Below, one piece after another: positions 35,319 through 44,191 of a stretch of 48,611 nucleotides of DNA. Both the position numbers and the translations under genes were made by a program. The notes under the pieces are model-generated. The model was not told the origin of the DNA. It searched no databases and saw only the letters and a list, made by a program, of their open reading frames with translations. How positions within the stretch are numbered: the first letter of the stretch is position 1; every line of letters starts with the position of its first letter. Source of the DNA: an uncultured Methanosarcinales archaeon (lineage in GTDB: Archaea > Nanobdellota > Nanobdellia > Woesearchaeales > JAGLXL01); contig CAYIKL010000003.1 in the NCBI GenBank assembly GCA_964364045.1, forward strand, positions 1 through 48,611, written 5' to 3'.

Positions 35319-36722
35319 ATGGTCAGCTCAGAATTATTGGCAAAATTTGGATTTAAAGAAGAGATAGAGGAAGTCCCCTATTCTGGTGAAGTCGGCAAAG
35401 GCCCCCAATACCTCAAAACAGGCTTTCCCCGTCCGAAAAAGCGGTATAAGATCTTTTGGGAAGCGCATGACTTAAGCCTTGAAGAGCCATATTACTGGCT
35501 GCACACCTACCTTGAGCAGGATCTGGGCTTGAAGGACATTATAAAAACAGAAGATGTCTTTTCAGCAGCTGAAAATTCCGCATTCTTTGGCGTTTCACAG
35601 CAGCGCATTGGCGCGCAGCAGGACAAAGTGTCACAATTTCTTGCGACCATCGGCAAAATGGTCAAAGAGCTGTTCCAACTGGTCAGAGAGCTGAGAATTC
35701 TTGATGAGCGCATCGTGTATTACAAAGATGCAAAGGAGCAGCTTGACAAGTCAGTGGGAAGCAGAAAAAAATCAGCTGAGATTACGCTCAAAGGGATTTT
35801 TATTGATTTAGTTCAGGGCGGTGCAAAAAATCCTGCAAGCGTCTACGGCATGGCGCGTGAGCTTGAGTTTACCACATTGCCCGACCTTTTCTTTGATGCC
35901 CCGCCCATGCAGCATGAGGAGGTGGATGCTTATGTTGACAGCCTTGATTTTAACCGAAAAGTGCTTGAAGTACTCAAGCGCCATTTGAAGCAGTTTATTA
36001 TTTGGAAAGAGCGCACATACAGCGAAGTCATCACACGCCGCCGCTTTACACTGCAATACCTTCGCCAACATTTCGAAATCATAAAGATGTATATGATATG
36101 GGTGAAGCCATACTTGCGCCACGTACAGCGTTTGACGATGAAAAAGGGCTTTGCAAGCGAGCCCGAAATTGTTTCTGCTTTTGAGACAAGTATGATCGAT
36201 GTTGAAGTCTTGGCAAAAAGAAAATGGGAGAATTATAACGGTGTCCTTCTGCTTACGTTCAATTATCGTACGCGTCCCAGCCTAAAATTTGTGCAAGAGG
36301 GTTACCAGCGCGGCCCGATTCACGTCGGCAAGATGATGCTGCATTACCGCGGCTATGTCTGGACCGACAAGGAGATTGAAAATTACATAAAAATGAAGGA
36401 AGAAGAAGATTTCGAGCTGATGAAATCAGTGTCCAAAGCGGTTGAAGAGGCGATGATTACGTTAGGCGATGAGCTAAAGAAATATCTTGAAGAAGCTGCA
36501 GGTGTGAGCGAGCACAAAGAGGAAAAATCAGAGGTGACCGGTTTCCGCAAGATGTTTTATGACATTGTTGGGCCGCCAAAACCGGGAAAAGGCAAAAAGG
36601 AAAAAAAGCCCGACAAGTACAAGCTCGAGAAGGAGGAGAAAGCAGTATGGAAAGATACCAAGGGCAGACTCTGGTTTGCATACAAGAATTTCAAGAAAGG
36701 CCATGGCATGATCCATTGGTAG
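35319..36722 (+). CDS. Hypothetical 467-aa protein, helical and charged, with a Lys-rich tail
   Basis: A long ORF with coding-like composition and its own TATA. No motif I recognise. The C-terminal tail is GPPKPGKGKKEKKPDKYKLEKEEK. Confidence 0.7.
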   Translation: MVSSELLAKFGFKEEIEEVPYSGEVGKGPQYLKTGFPRPKKRYKIFWEAHDLSLEEPYYWLHTYLEQDLGLKDIIKTEDVFSAAENSAFFGVSQQRIGAQQDKVSQFLATIGKMVKELFQLVRELRILDERIVYYKDAKEQLDKSVGSRKKSAEITLKGIFIDLVQGGAKNPASVYGMARELEFTTLPDLFFDAPPMQHEEVDAYVDSLDFNRKVLEVLKRHLKQFIIWKERTYSEVITRRRFTLQYLRQHFEIIKMYMIWVKPYLRHVQRLTMKKGFASEPEIVSAFETSMIDVEVLAKRKWENYNGVLLLTFNYRTRPSLKFVQEGYQRGPIHVGKMMLHYRGYVWTDKEIENYIKMKEEEDFELMKSVSKAVEEAMITLGDELKKYLEEAAGVSEHKEEKSEVTGFRKMFYDIVGPPKPGKGKKEKKPDKYKLEKEEKAVWKDTKGRLWFAYKNFKKGHGMIHW

Positions 36723-36731
36723 GATGTAAAA

Positions 36732-36896
36732 ATGTTAAGATTAACACCGCCGACAAACGCAACATTTATTGCAAGCATTGTACTGGGCGTAGCAGCAGTT
36801 GCTGCAGGATTAATGTACGGGTTTGCTGCAAGCAGTGTTATAGCATTGGCAGGGCTGGTTGCACTTGCAGCGGGAAATTTGTTTGAAAGGCTGTGA
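36732..36896 (+). CDS. Small 2-TM protein (54 aa, below the ORF-track cutoff)
   Basis: It translates to MLRLTPPTNATFIASIVLGVAAVAAGLMYGFAASSVIALAGLVALAAGNLFERL and starts 9 nt after the previous stop. Confidence 0.45.
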   Translation: MLRLTPPTNATFIASIVLGVAAVAAGLMYGFAASSVIALAGLVALAAGNLFERL

Positions 36897-36938
36897 TTTT
36901 CAACAACCTTTAAAAGTCAACATCCCCTTTTCTCCATT

Positions 36939-37583
36939 ATGCCCGAAGATATCGACAAGCTCAAGAAGCTCTCGCCTGAAGAGCGATTAAAGAAGCTGAA
37001 GGAATATTCTGAATTGCGCGAGAAGGAGATCAAAGAGGCGCACGAACTGATCAAAAAGAGTGAAGCAGAGATTAAACAGAAGAAAAAGTTTGAGGAAAAG
37101 ATCCCCATCCCCCAGCTGATTACTGACGAAGGGGAAACGTTAACAACGCATGAAGAGCAGGAGATGTTTAAAGTTCACCGGTTTAAAGGTGAGCGAAGGG
37201 AAGAAAAGGCCAAAAAAACAGTCAGAGAGACACTTGAAGAAACCGTCGAGCAGGAGCCGGTAAGAGCTGAAGCCATTACAATAAATTACACACAAGCAAT
37301 CGCCGAAGCAAGCATGCGGCCCATTCATGAGCTGTATTCTGAAATGACTGCGATTTACGAGCGCGCACGCGAACATGGCTATATCGCCCCAGAAGATATG
37401 GGAAAAGTAGGGATTGTCTATGCAGCAGTCATGCAGAAAGAAGAATCAGGCTACACTGCACCTGAACGGGAAAAGGAAGCACTGACCGAAAAGATAAGCA
37501 GATTGCAGGGGCTCTATCATTCACAGCCAAAAGATAAGGAAAGACAACGGCACAGCTACAGTTTTGAGGCAGACAATGGTTGA
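36939..37583 (+). CDS. Hypothetical E/K-rich protein (214 aa)
   Basis: TATA cctttaaaag is centred about 25.5 nt upstream. The N-terminus is charged and coiled-coil-like. Confidence 0.65.
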   Translation: MPEDIDKLKKLSPEERLKKLKEYSELREKEIKEAHELIKKSEAEIKQKKKFEEKIPIPQLITDEGETLTTHEEQEMFKVHRFKGERREEKAKKTVRETLEETVEQEPVRAEAITINYTQAIAEASMRPIHELYSEMTAIYERAREHGYIAPEDMGKVGIVYAAVMQKEESGYTAPEREKEALTEKISRLQGLYHSQPKDKERQRHSYSFEADNG

Positions 37584-38139
37584 ATTTAACGTCCAGCCGG
37601 AAGAAGAGCCGCATCCAAAGAAACCCAAGAAAGGCGGCATCGAAGCGCACGTGCAGGAGGGTGACGTTGCAGAACAGGCGCTGCGTATAGCAGTTGAGCA
37701 GCACGAGCGCCAGCACCAGTCGAAAGGTGAAGAACACCATGTCAAAATCAGAAAGCAGGACAAGCTGATCAGTGAAGACGAAGAGCGTGTGATTGAAGAG
37801 ATCAAGAAACACGACAAGCCTAAAGATCACGGTTATAAGTTGGCAACAGCAGAAAGCGCGTCGAGCGCATACGGAAGATCAGGCGGCGAAGGTGAAGGAA
37901 AATATGGGGGTCACACGCACAGTGAGGCATCCTGCTCATGTGGGTGGCGCGCAACGCCTGAAAACGCTATGAACGAGTTCATGCAGACACAGCAAGACAA
38001 AAAGAAGAAGGGAAGTTCCCAATACGCTGCAGGCGGCGATGACAAGCCGGGAGACGTTTACGGCAAGCATGACACGCTTGAAGGCATTGCGCACGGCTAT
38101 CAATCATCCTTTGATGAGCATGGGCCGGCGTATCAGTGA
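37576..38139 (+). CDS. Hypothetical low-complexity His/Glu/Lys/Gly-rich protein
   Basis: ATG 37576 overlaps the previous stop (ATGGTTGA). The composition is biased, so coding status is less certain. Confidence 0.5.
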   Translation: MVEFNVQPEEEPHPKKPKKGGIEAHVQEGDVAEQALRIAVEQHERQHQSKGEEHHVKIRKQDKLISEDEERVIEEIKKHDKPKDHGYKLATAESASSAYGRSGGEGEGKYGGHTHSEASCSCGWRATPENAMNEFMQTQQDKKKKGSSQYAAGGDDKPGDVYGKHDTLEGIAHGYQSSFDEHGPAYQ

Positions 38140-38204
38140 ATGCCGCGCTCAAAGATGTGGGAGCAGAGTAAAGCTTAAATAAACCTCAAAAGTCTACCCA
38201 AAAA

Positions 38205-39146
38205 ATGATCGACTGGCTCTCAATCACACTCATTATTCTCGGCCTTGCGCTCTTTGAGATTATTATCAGTATCGACAATGCAATCATCAATGCAGAAGTC
38301 CTCAGAACAATGTCCCCGAAAGCAAGAAGATGGTTTTTGCTCTGGGGAATCCTGATTGCGGTGTTTCTTGTCCGCGGACTCTTGCCTTGGGTGATCGTCT
38401 GGGCAAGCTCACCTAGTTTAGGTTTCCTCGGTTCATTTAGCGCATCATTCAGCTCAGATCCACATATTGCCGAAATCATTGAGCAATCTGCCCCCATTCT
38501 TTTCATAGGCGGCGGCACATTCCTTGTGTTCCTGTTCTTTCACTGGCTTTTCCTCGAGCCAAAGCATTACGGACTGATCGGAGAAGAGCTTATCGAGCGC
38601 CACGGCGTGTGGTTCTTTGCACTAGTTTCAATTATCCTTGTATACCTTGTCTGGAAATCTATTAATGTAAACCCATTGATGGCATTGGGTGCGGTGATCG
38701 GCTCAAGCGCTTTTTTTATAACGCATGGATTCAAACAAAATGCAGAAGAAATGGAGAAGAAAATGATCGAGGGATCCACACATCTGACCGATATAAGTAA
38801 AATATTCTATCTTGAAGTCATCGACCTGACATTTTCAATTGACGGTGTTCTAGGCGCTTTCGCGTTCACCTTCATCATCCCACTTATCCTCGTTGGCAAC
38901 GGCATTGGAGCGATTGTCGTGCGCCAGCTGACGATAATGAACGTCGATAGGGTAAAAAAATACAAATATCTGAAGAATGGCGCCATGTACAGCATTTTTG
39001 CGCTTGGCCTTGTTATGATATTGCACAGCTTTGGCGCCCACATCCCGGAATGGGTAAGCCCGGCAGTTACGTTTGCGATTATCGGATACTTTTTCTGGAA
39101 GTCAGTGAAAGTGCTGAGGAATGAAGAGACCACTAAAAGTATCTAG
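38205..39146 (+). CDS. TerC/DUF475-like integral membrane protein
   Basis: The N-terminal LALFEIIISIDNAIINAEVL resembles the TerC-family E..LS.DN motif. Multi-pass membrane protein. Confidence 0.7.
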   Translation: MIDWLSITLIILGLALFEIIISIDNAIINAEVLRTMSPKARRWFLLWGILIAVFLVRGLLPWVIVWASSPSLGFLGSFSASFSSDPHIAEIIEQSAPILFIGGGTFLVFLFFHWLFLEPKHYGLIGEELIERHGVWFFALVSIILVYLVWKSINVNPLMALGAVIGSSAFFITHGFKQNAEEMEKKMIEGSTHLTDISKIFYLEVIDLTFSIDGVLGAFAFTFIIPLILVGNGIGAIVVRQLTIMNVDRVKKYKYLKNGAMYSIFALGLVMILHSFGAHIPEWVSPAVTFAIIGYFFWKSVKVLRNEETTKSI

Positions 39147-39185
39147 AAAGCTTTATATAAAAAAAGATAATTAGCTAACCAAAAG

Positions 39186-41294
39186 ATGGTCGAATTCAAC
39201 ACCGGTTACGTCATGCCCATGGACCGTGATTACGGCGAGTCGCACACCGCAGACAACAGTACAAATGACGTTGGAATTGCTCCCATCAGAGACATCGGCT
39301 TTTCTGTCCCTTTCGGCATTGCCGCGCCCAATGTGCAGGGCGTTGCAGCTAAGATAAGAACAGGAACACGCATCATGGAGCTGCAATTTCCCGGTGCAGG
39401 ACGATCACAACGAAACGCCCAAACGCCTGAAGCCTATGGAAAACTCCAGCGCCAGGCACTGGAAGAATTGAGCAGGGCAAACAAAGTTGATTTTACCACT
39501 CACGCTTCATTCTCCGTCATGGGACTGGCAGGAATGGACCAGCAAGGTAATTTCTCAAAGCAAAACAAGAAATTTGCGATTGATGAGATTAAGCGCGCCA
39601 TTGATTTTGCCGCTGATGTAGCACGCGGAGGAAACGTGACCATTCATACGGGCGAGTTCCAGCGTCCAATCAGCGAAGAGCGATGGGCGCTCGATGAACA
39701 CGGCCGGCAGCAGTTCAAGAGCTACAAAGAAGAGCCTGAGCGTGCTATATTCCGCGTGGTAGATGAGCGTTCCGGGCAGATTATCACCCAAGCACGAAAA
39801 AATCAACGGGTTGCACGAGCAATATGGTTGATCGCAAAACCCGGTGAGACATATTACGATGCAGAAGGCAAAGAACACACCGCAGACAAAGATACCTACA
39901 TCGATTACGACCGTGTTACAGTCAAAACAATGGAGGATCGTGTTCCTGAGTTTGATTTGGAAAGTAACCGGTTCAAGATAGAATACTGGGACTGGAAGCG
40001 CTTTCAGCAGGAAGCGAAAGAACGAACTGAAGAGGCACGAGGATTCTGGCGTGAGCATAAAGACGACAAGGATGATACCGAATGGAAAAAATCAATCTAC
40101 CTGCCATTCAAAGATGCCATCTCTGAAGGTGACATCGTTGTTGACGCAGAAGAGGCATATGTGCAGGCAACGCTCGAGACAAATGCGGCTAATGCAAAAG
40201 GCTGGGCGCTGTACTATGGTGGTGGATTTGAAGATGACCGCCTTGAGGTAAACAAGCTGAAAAAAGCGCTTGCACTGTACGAAAAAATAGAAGCAGGCGT
40301 TTCACCTGAAGAAGAATGGAAAATCAAAAAAGAATTAAAGCACGGCGGTGTGCTCGGCGAGCTTGTTCCTCCCGATACAAAAAAGCCGACAGAAATAATA
40401 CGGGAGCGGCTGAGGCACTTTATGGGAAGCATGGAGCAGAAAAAAGAAGCGGGACGCTCACAACTCCAGCAGGCTAACGACACCTACGAGCAAATGCGCT
40501 ATGTCATGTCTCATCGACGATATGCACTGAAAGAAGCATATGCTTCATATGCAGAAGCTGGCATCCATGCCATGATGAAAAGCGATCAGGTTGAACACCA
40601 AGGAAAACTAAAACAGCCTATCTTTGTCGCCATGGAAAACATTTTCCCTGAAAGTTATGGCGGCCATCCTGATGAGCTCATGGATCTCGTGAAGGGAGCG
40701 CGGCAACAAATGAGAGAAATGCTCATGAAAGAGAGGCACTATGATGAAGCACGAGCAAAAAAAGAGGCTGAAGACCATATTAAAGGCCATCTCGACACCG
40801 GACACTTAAACATGTGGCGTAAATACTGGGTATGGGATGAAAAGCTGTCGCCCGAAGAAAATGATAAGCGCTTCAACGAATGGACGATTAAAAAAGTTGA
40901 GCAGATGGCCGAGCAGAAGATGATAGGCAGCGTGCATCTGACCGATAACCTAGGCTACCAAGACGAGCATCTTTCTCCAGGCCAGGGAAACACACCCACC
41001 GTTGAAATGGTAAAAGTGCTCAAGAAACACGGTTATAAAGGGCCACTGATTGTTGAGCCCGGTGGCGATGCAACCACCGATTTATCTGATTTCCATGGAT
41101 TGATGAAGACATGGCGTCTCTTTGGCAGCACGATTTACGGCGTTGGCGCTGGACTCAGAGCACCGAGCAGAGAGCGCGCATGGGGCCAGGTGCAGTATGG
41201 CTACTTTGGACAGGGACAACCCCCTTACTTTGTCTTTGGCGGCTACTCTCCCAGTGAAGACTGGACGCTTTGGTCAGGCGTGCCGATGGAATAG
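39186..41294 (+). CDS. Xylose isomerase-like TIM-barrel protein interrupted by a ~330-aa charged insertion
   Basis: N-terminal part: IMELQF...THASF...AIDFAADVARGGNVTIHTGEF. C-terminal part: VAMENIFPE, GHLDTGHLNMW, GSVHLTDNLG..DEHLSPGQGN, GPLIVEPGG. Together these match the sugar-phosphate isomerase/epimerase fold. Confidence 0.6.
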   Translation: MVEFNTGYVMPMDRDYGESHTADNSTNDVGIAPIRDIGFSVPFGIAAPNVQGVAAKIRTGTRIMELQFPGAGRSQRNAQTPEAYGKLQRQALEELSRANKVDFTTHASFSVMGLAGMDQQGNFSKQNKKFAIDEIKRAIDFAADVARGGNVTIHTGEFQRPISEERWALDEHGRQQFKSYKEEPERAIFRVVDERSGQIITQARKNQRVARAIWLIAKPGETYYDAEGKEHTADKDTYIDYDRVTVKTMEDRVPEFDLESNRFKIEYWDWKRFQQEAKERTEEARGFWREHKDDKDDTEWKKSIYLPFKDAISEGDIVVDAEEAYVQATLETNAANAKGWALYYGGGFEDDRLEVNKLKKALALYEKIEAGVSPEEEWKIKKELKHGGVLGELVPPDTKKPTEIIRERLRHFMGSMEQKKEAGRSQLQQANDTYEQMRYVMSHRRYALKEAYASYAEAGIHAMMKSDQVEHQGKLKQPIFVAMENIFPESYGGHPDELMDLVKGARQQMREMLMKERHYDEARAKKEAEDHIKGHLDTGHLNMWRKYWVWDEKLSPEENDKRFNEWTIKKVEQMAEQKMIGSVHLTDNLGYQDEHLSPGQGNTPTVEMVKVLKKHGYKGPLIVEPGGDATTDLSDFHGLMKTWRLFGSTIYGVGAGLRAPSRERAWGQVQYGYFGQGQPPYFVFGGYSPSEDWTLWSGVPME

Positions 41295-41296
41295 GA

Positions 41297-41818
41297 ATGG
41301 ACAAATTTCTTCAGATAAAGAAAGAATTCCTACACTTCGACAAACACCTCAAAGAAAAATTCCTTTTTGGGGTGAGAGACACCGAAAAAGGTATCTGGGG
41401 TCCAAGCGATCTTGATGTCGTCTTTGAACTGTTCACAAAGATAAAACTGCAAAACTACAAACAGTTTCTTGACATCGGCTGCGGTGACGGGCGCGTTGTC
41501 TTGACTGCATCACTATTCACCAAAGCAGCTGGCATTGAGATTGACAAGGGTTTAATCAGCAAAGGAAATGAAATAAAAAAAAGATTAAAGCTCAACGCAG
41601 CATTCATCAACGGCGACTATTTCACGCACAACTTCTCAGCATATGACATCATCTTCACCAACCCTGACACCGGATTTTACAATGGCTTGGAAGACAAGCT
41701 GCTGAAAGAAATGAAAGGGAAATTGCTCGTCTACAACAACATCTTCATGCCACGCTTTCTCAAAAGAGGAAAGACACATTGGATAAAGCAAGTGCCGGTG
41801 ACAGAGTTCACACACTGA
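41297..41818 (+). CDS. Small class I SAM-dependent methyltransferase
   Basis: FLDIGCGDGRVVL (motif I), AAGIEID, and DIIFTNPD as a possible motif IV. Confidence 0.7.
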   Translation: MDKFLQIKKEFLHFDKHLKEKFLFGVRDTEKGIWGPSDLDVVFELFTKIKLQNYKQFLDIGCGDGRVVLTASLFTKAAGIEIDKGLISKGNEIKKRLKLNAAFINGDYFTHNFSAYDIIFTNPDTGFYNGLEDKLLKEMKGKLLVYNNIFMPRFLKRGKTHWIKQVPVTEFTH

Positions 41819-42395
41819 GCTTCTTCACCACCAACTCCGCCAACTTCTCATCATAGCGCTGAATAATCTCAAAATTCTTCTTTGCCATTACAATGCTCTT
41901 TTCACACTCGGAACTGCACGGAAAGTGGCTCAATAAAACTACATCCTCATCACGGAACGTCAGGTTTGTCCACATGTTTGTCGGGAGGTGAACAGGATTC
42001 ACATTTCCTTTCTCAAATTCTTGAACAAAGAATTCAACACAGCAGCTGGGATACCCCAGCATGATGCCCGTGTTGCGATGATCCTGCTTTGTCTCATACA
42101 AGCATACCCACAACGCCTTAAAATGGTTCTTGCTGATATACACAAGGAACATCCCATGCGGATTGCCTGGCGCAACAATCCTCCCTTTGTTCGTAAATAT
42201 CTCCTTGTCCTGCAGCACAATCTTATAGGATGATTTCTCAATAAATAATTTATTTTTCACGCAGAAGTGCTCGACTTTGTCCATCTCATGCGGATAGAAG
42301 CCCTGCCGAACAACAGGTTTTACATCTTTTAATAGGTAGAGTATTTCAAGCGCTTTCATCCGCGAGCCGAAGATGTCTTGGAGATGGTTGAGCAT
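41808..42395 (-). CDS. Conserved hypothetical Cys-rich protein (LGYPxCC motif, DUF483-like)
   Basis: GIMLGYPSCCVEFF and HFPCSSECEKS. TATA atatttataag lies about 27 nt upstream. Confidence 0.6.
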   Translation of the reverse strand: MLNHLQDIFGSRMKALEILYLLKDVKPVVRQGFYPHEMDKVEHFCVKNKLFIEKSSYKIVLQDKEIFTNKGRIVAPGNPHGMFLVYISKNHFKALWVCLYETKQDHRNTGIMLGYPSCCVEFFVQEFEKGNVNPVHLPTNMWTNLTFRDEDVVLLSHFPCSSECEKSIVMAKKNFEIIQRYDEKLAELVVKKLSV

Positions 42396-42430
42396 GGACT
42401 AATGTGGTTAAAATGGACTTATAAATATTC

Positions 42431-42676
42431 CTAGCTCAGAGAATACGGAAGCGGTACAGCATACGATCTCGACGGGCGCGTGGGCTTTTCATATTCAACC
42501 CGATCAATATGATGGCGCACAGGATCATGAAATACCCTGTTGCTATAATCACCGCGCGCATAATCCTGAGAAGAAAGTGGCTTCGAGAGTTCACTCATGA
42601 CAAGTCCAAGACCTTCGGATGTAATTTCATATTTCTTGTTCATGATGCTGAGATAGAGAGGGTCGGTAGCGCTCAT
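42431..42676 (-). CDS. Small hypothetical protein (81 aa)
   Basis: ATG 42676 overlaps the upstream stop (ATGA). Confidence 0.4.
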   Translation of the reverse strand: MSATDPLYLSIMNKKYEITSEGLGLVMSELSKPLSSQDYARGDYSNRVFHDPVRHHIDRVEYEKPTRPSRSYAVPLPYSLS

Positions 42677-43464
42677 GCCGCACCCCTCACTAATTCCCAA
42701 TACAATTCCAGCGCATCTTTTCCCGCACGAAGCATCCTCCACACAAAATCACACGCAACATCATGTAATCCATTCTGCGCAGGATTTTCGAGTATGATTG
42801 CATTTCTCAACCCTGCAATATTATGTTTTTTAATAGCATTCATCCACGCTGCACTGAATGCAAATGCTTTTGCCTCTTCACTCTGCTTGTTGTTCAACGG
42901 CCTGCTCAACACATGTCCGATTTCATGGCCAATGGTTAACAATACATGATCTTTTTCTCCCGCCCGTACAACAACATCACTGATCAAACCATGCTCTTTT
43001 CTATTGATTGAAAAGCCAACAACGCCAGGATTGTCCACCTGTTGCTGAAACGCAGTGTGCTCCAAAACAGCAATGCGCACATCAACCGGGAACGCTTCAT
43101 TGGTTACCGCAGCAAACGCTTCTTTCACTGCTTCTTCAACTTCCTTTGCATCGCCAACAAACCGCTGTGGCGCCCGATTGGGCTTCAAAAAGTGATCGGG
43201 AACGAAGGCATATTCCTTTTCAATGGGATGTACTGCACTTACCGCATACAATATATCTTCTGCCTTGCCGTATAAATCAATCTGAGCATCAATGCCGCGA
43301 TAAAAAACAGCCGGCGCTTCAACCGCCGCCGCAGAATAATGCATGATGTCCCCAGAAAGAGGGCTATAGCTGGCAATATGTTCTAATTGAGAGGGTGGTT
43401 CATAATGAACATTGCTTCCATAGCCCGCTGTCTGATAGGACATATTTATCACTTCCACCCGCAT
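42673..43464 (-). CDS. HExxH zinc metallopeptidase-like protein
   Basis: LLTIGHEIGHVL, followed by EEAKAF about 15 residues later as a candidate third ligand. This resembles ImmA/IrrE-like or minimal gluzincin proteins. Confidence 0.6.
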   Translation of the reverse strand: MRVEVINMSYQTAGYGSNVHYEPPSQLEHIASYSPLSGDIMHYSAAAVEAPAVFYRGIDAQIDLYGKAEDILYAVSAVHPIEKEYAFVPDHFLKPNRAPQRFVGDAKEVEEAVKEAFAAVTNEAFPVDVRIAVLEHTAFQQQVDNPGVVGFSINRKEHGLISDVVVRAGEKDHVLLTIGHEIGHVLSRPLNNKQSEEAKAFAFSAAWMNAIKKHNIAGLRNAIILENPAQNGLHDVACDFVWRMLRAGKDALELYWELVRGAA

Positions 43465-43502
43465 AAGATAAGCAAGAATTTAATATTTGTGGGACAAAAA
43501 AG

Positions 43503-44141
43503 TCATAGCCTTTTCATCTTTCTCAACAGCGTCTCATATCGTAATCCTATTCTCTTCGCCGTTTCACGTAACCCTTGATGGAGCTCCAGCGCAGCTTTCA
43601 GGTACACTTTCTCAAACTCTTTCTCTGCTTCCTTCCAGCTCAGATGAGAAAGCGGCAGCACTCTCACAATATTCTCACTCAGCTCGCGCACATGGCTGTA
43701 CATTTTTTCAAGCTTCTCTGCACGAATAATGCCTTTGTACTGATCCAACGTCCCGCGAATCATGCCGTCAACTGCTTCCTTCTCAAAATAGCCCACTTTA
43801 TAGAATCTTTCGCGCAGTTTCCTCATGTCTAATCTCAAGCTTTTAATATCGCGATGAATGCTTCTTCTGTCCAAGCCCACAATATCCGCAACTTCAGAAA
43901 CATTGCCGTAATGTGTTTGAATAGCGCGCTCTAAAAACTCTTTCTTGAATATTTTTTTTGCAGCCTTAAATGGCAGATCAACACGCACCACCATGCCCAC
44001 CAAATGCTCCTGCCCTATTTTTTCGGTAATGTCTTTCTCAAGCTCGTTGATGGTGATGCCTAAATACTTCTGCATCGCCTCCTCGATCATCGGCTCAACT
44101 TTTTCCTTGACAACGCGTTCTAATGTCTCCTTTGCATACAT
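43503..44141 (-). CDS. Protein with two Fis-type (HTH_8-like) helix-turn-helix modules
   Basis: Module 1: FKKEFLERAIQTHYGNVSEVADIVGLDRRSIHRDIKSL. Module 2: FEKVYLKAALELHQGLRETAKRIGLRYETLLRKMKRL. Both resemble NtrC/Fis C-terminal DNA-binding modules. TTTATAAA lies about 29 nt upstream. Confidence 0.6.
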   Translation of the reverse strand: MYAKETLERVVKEKVEPMIEEAMQKYLGITINELEKDITEKIGQEHLVGMVVRVDLPFKAAKKIFKKEFLERAIQTHYGNVSEVADIVGLDRRSIHRDIKSLRLDMRKLRERFYKVGYFEKEAVDGMIRGTLDQYKGIIRAEKLEKMYSHVRELSENIVRVLPLSHLSWKEAEKEFEKVYLKAALELHQGLRETAKRIGLRYETLLRKMKRL

Positions 44142-44191
44142 GACTGACTAAAATGTCTCAGATTTTATAAATGTGACGCTCAAGAAATAAT

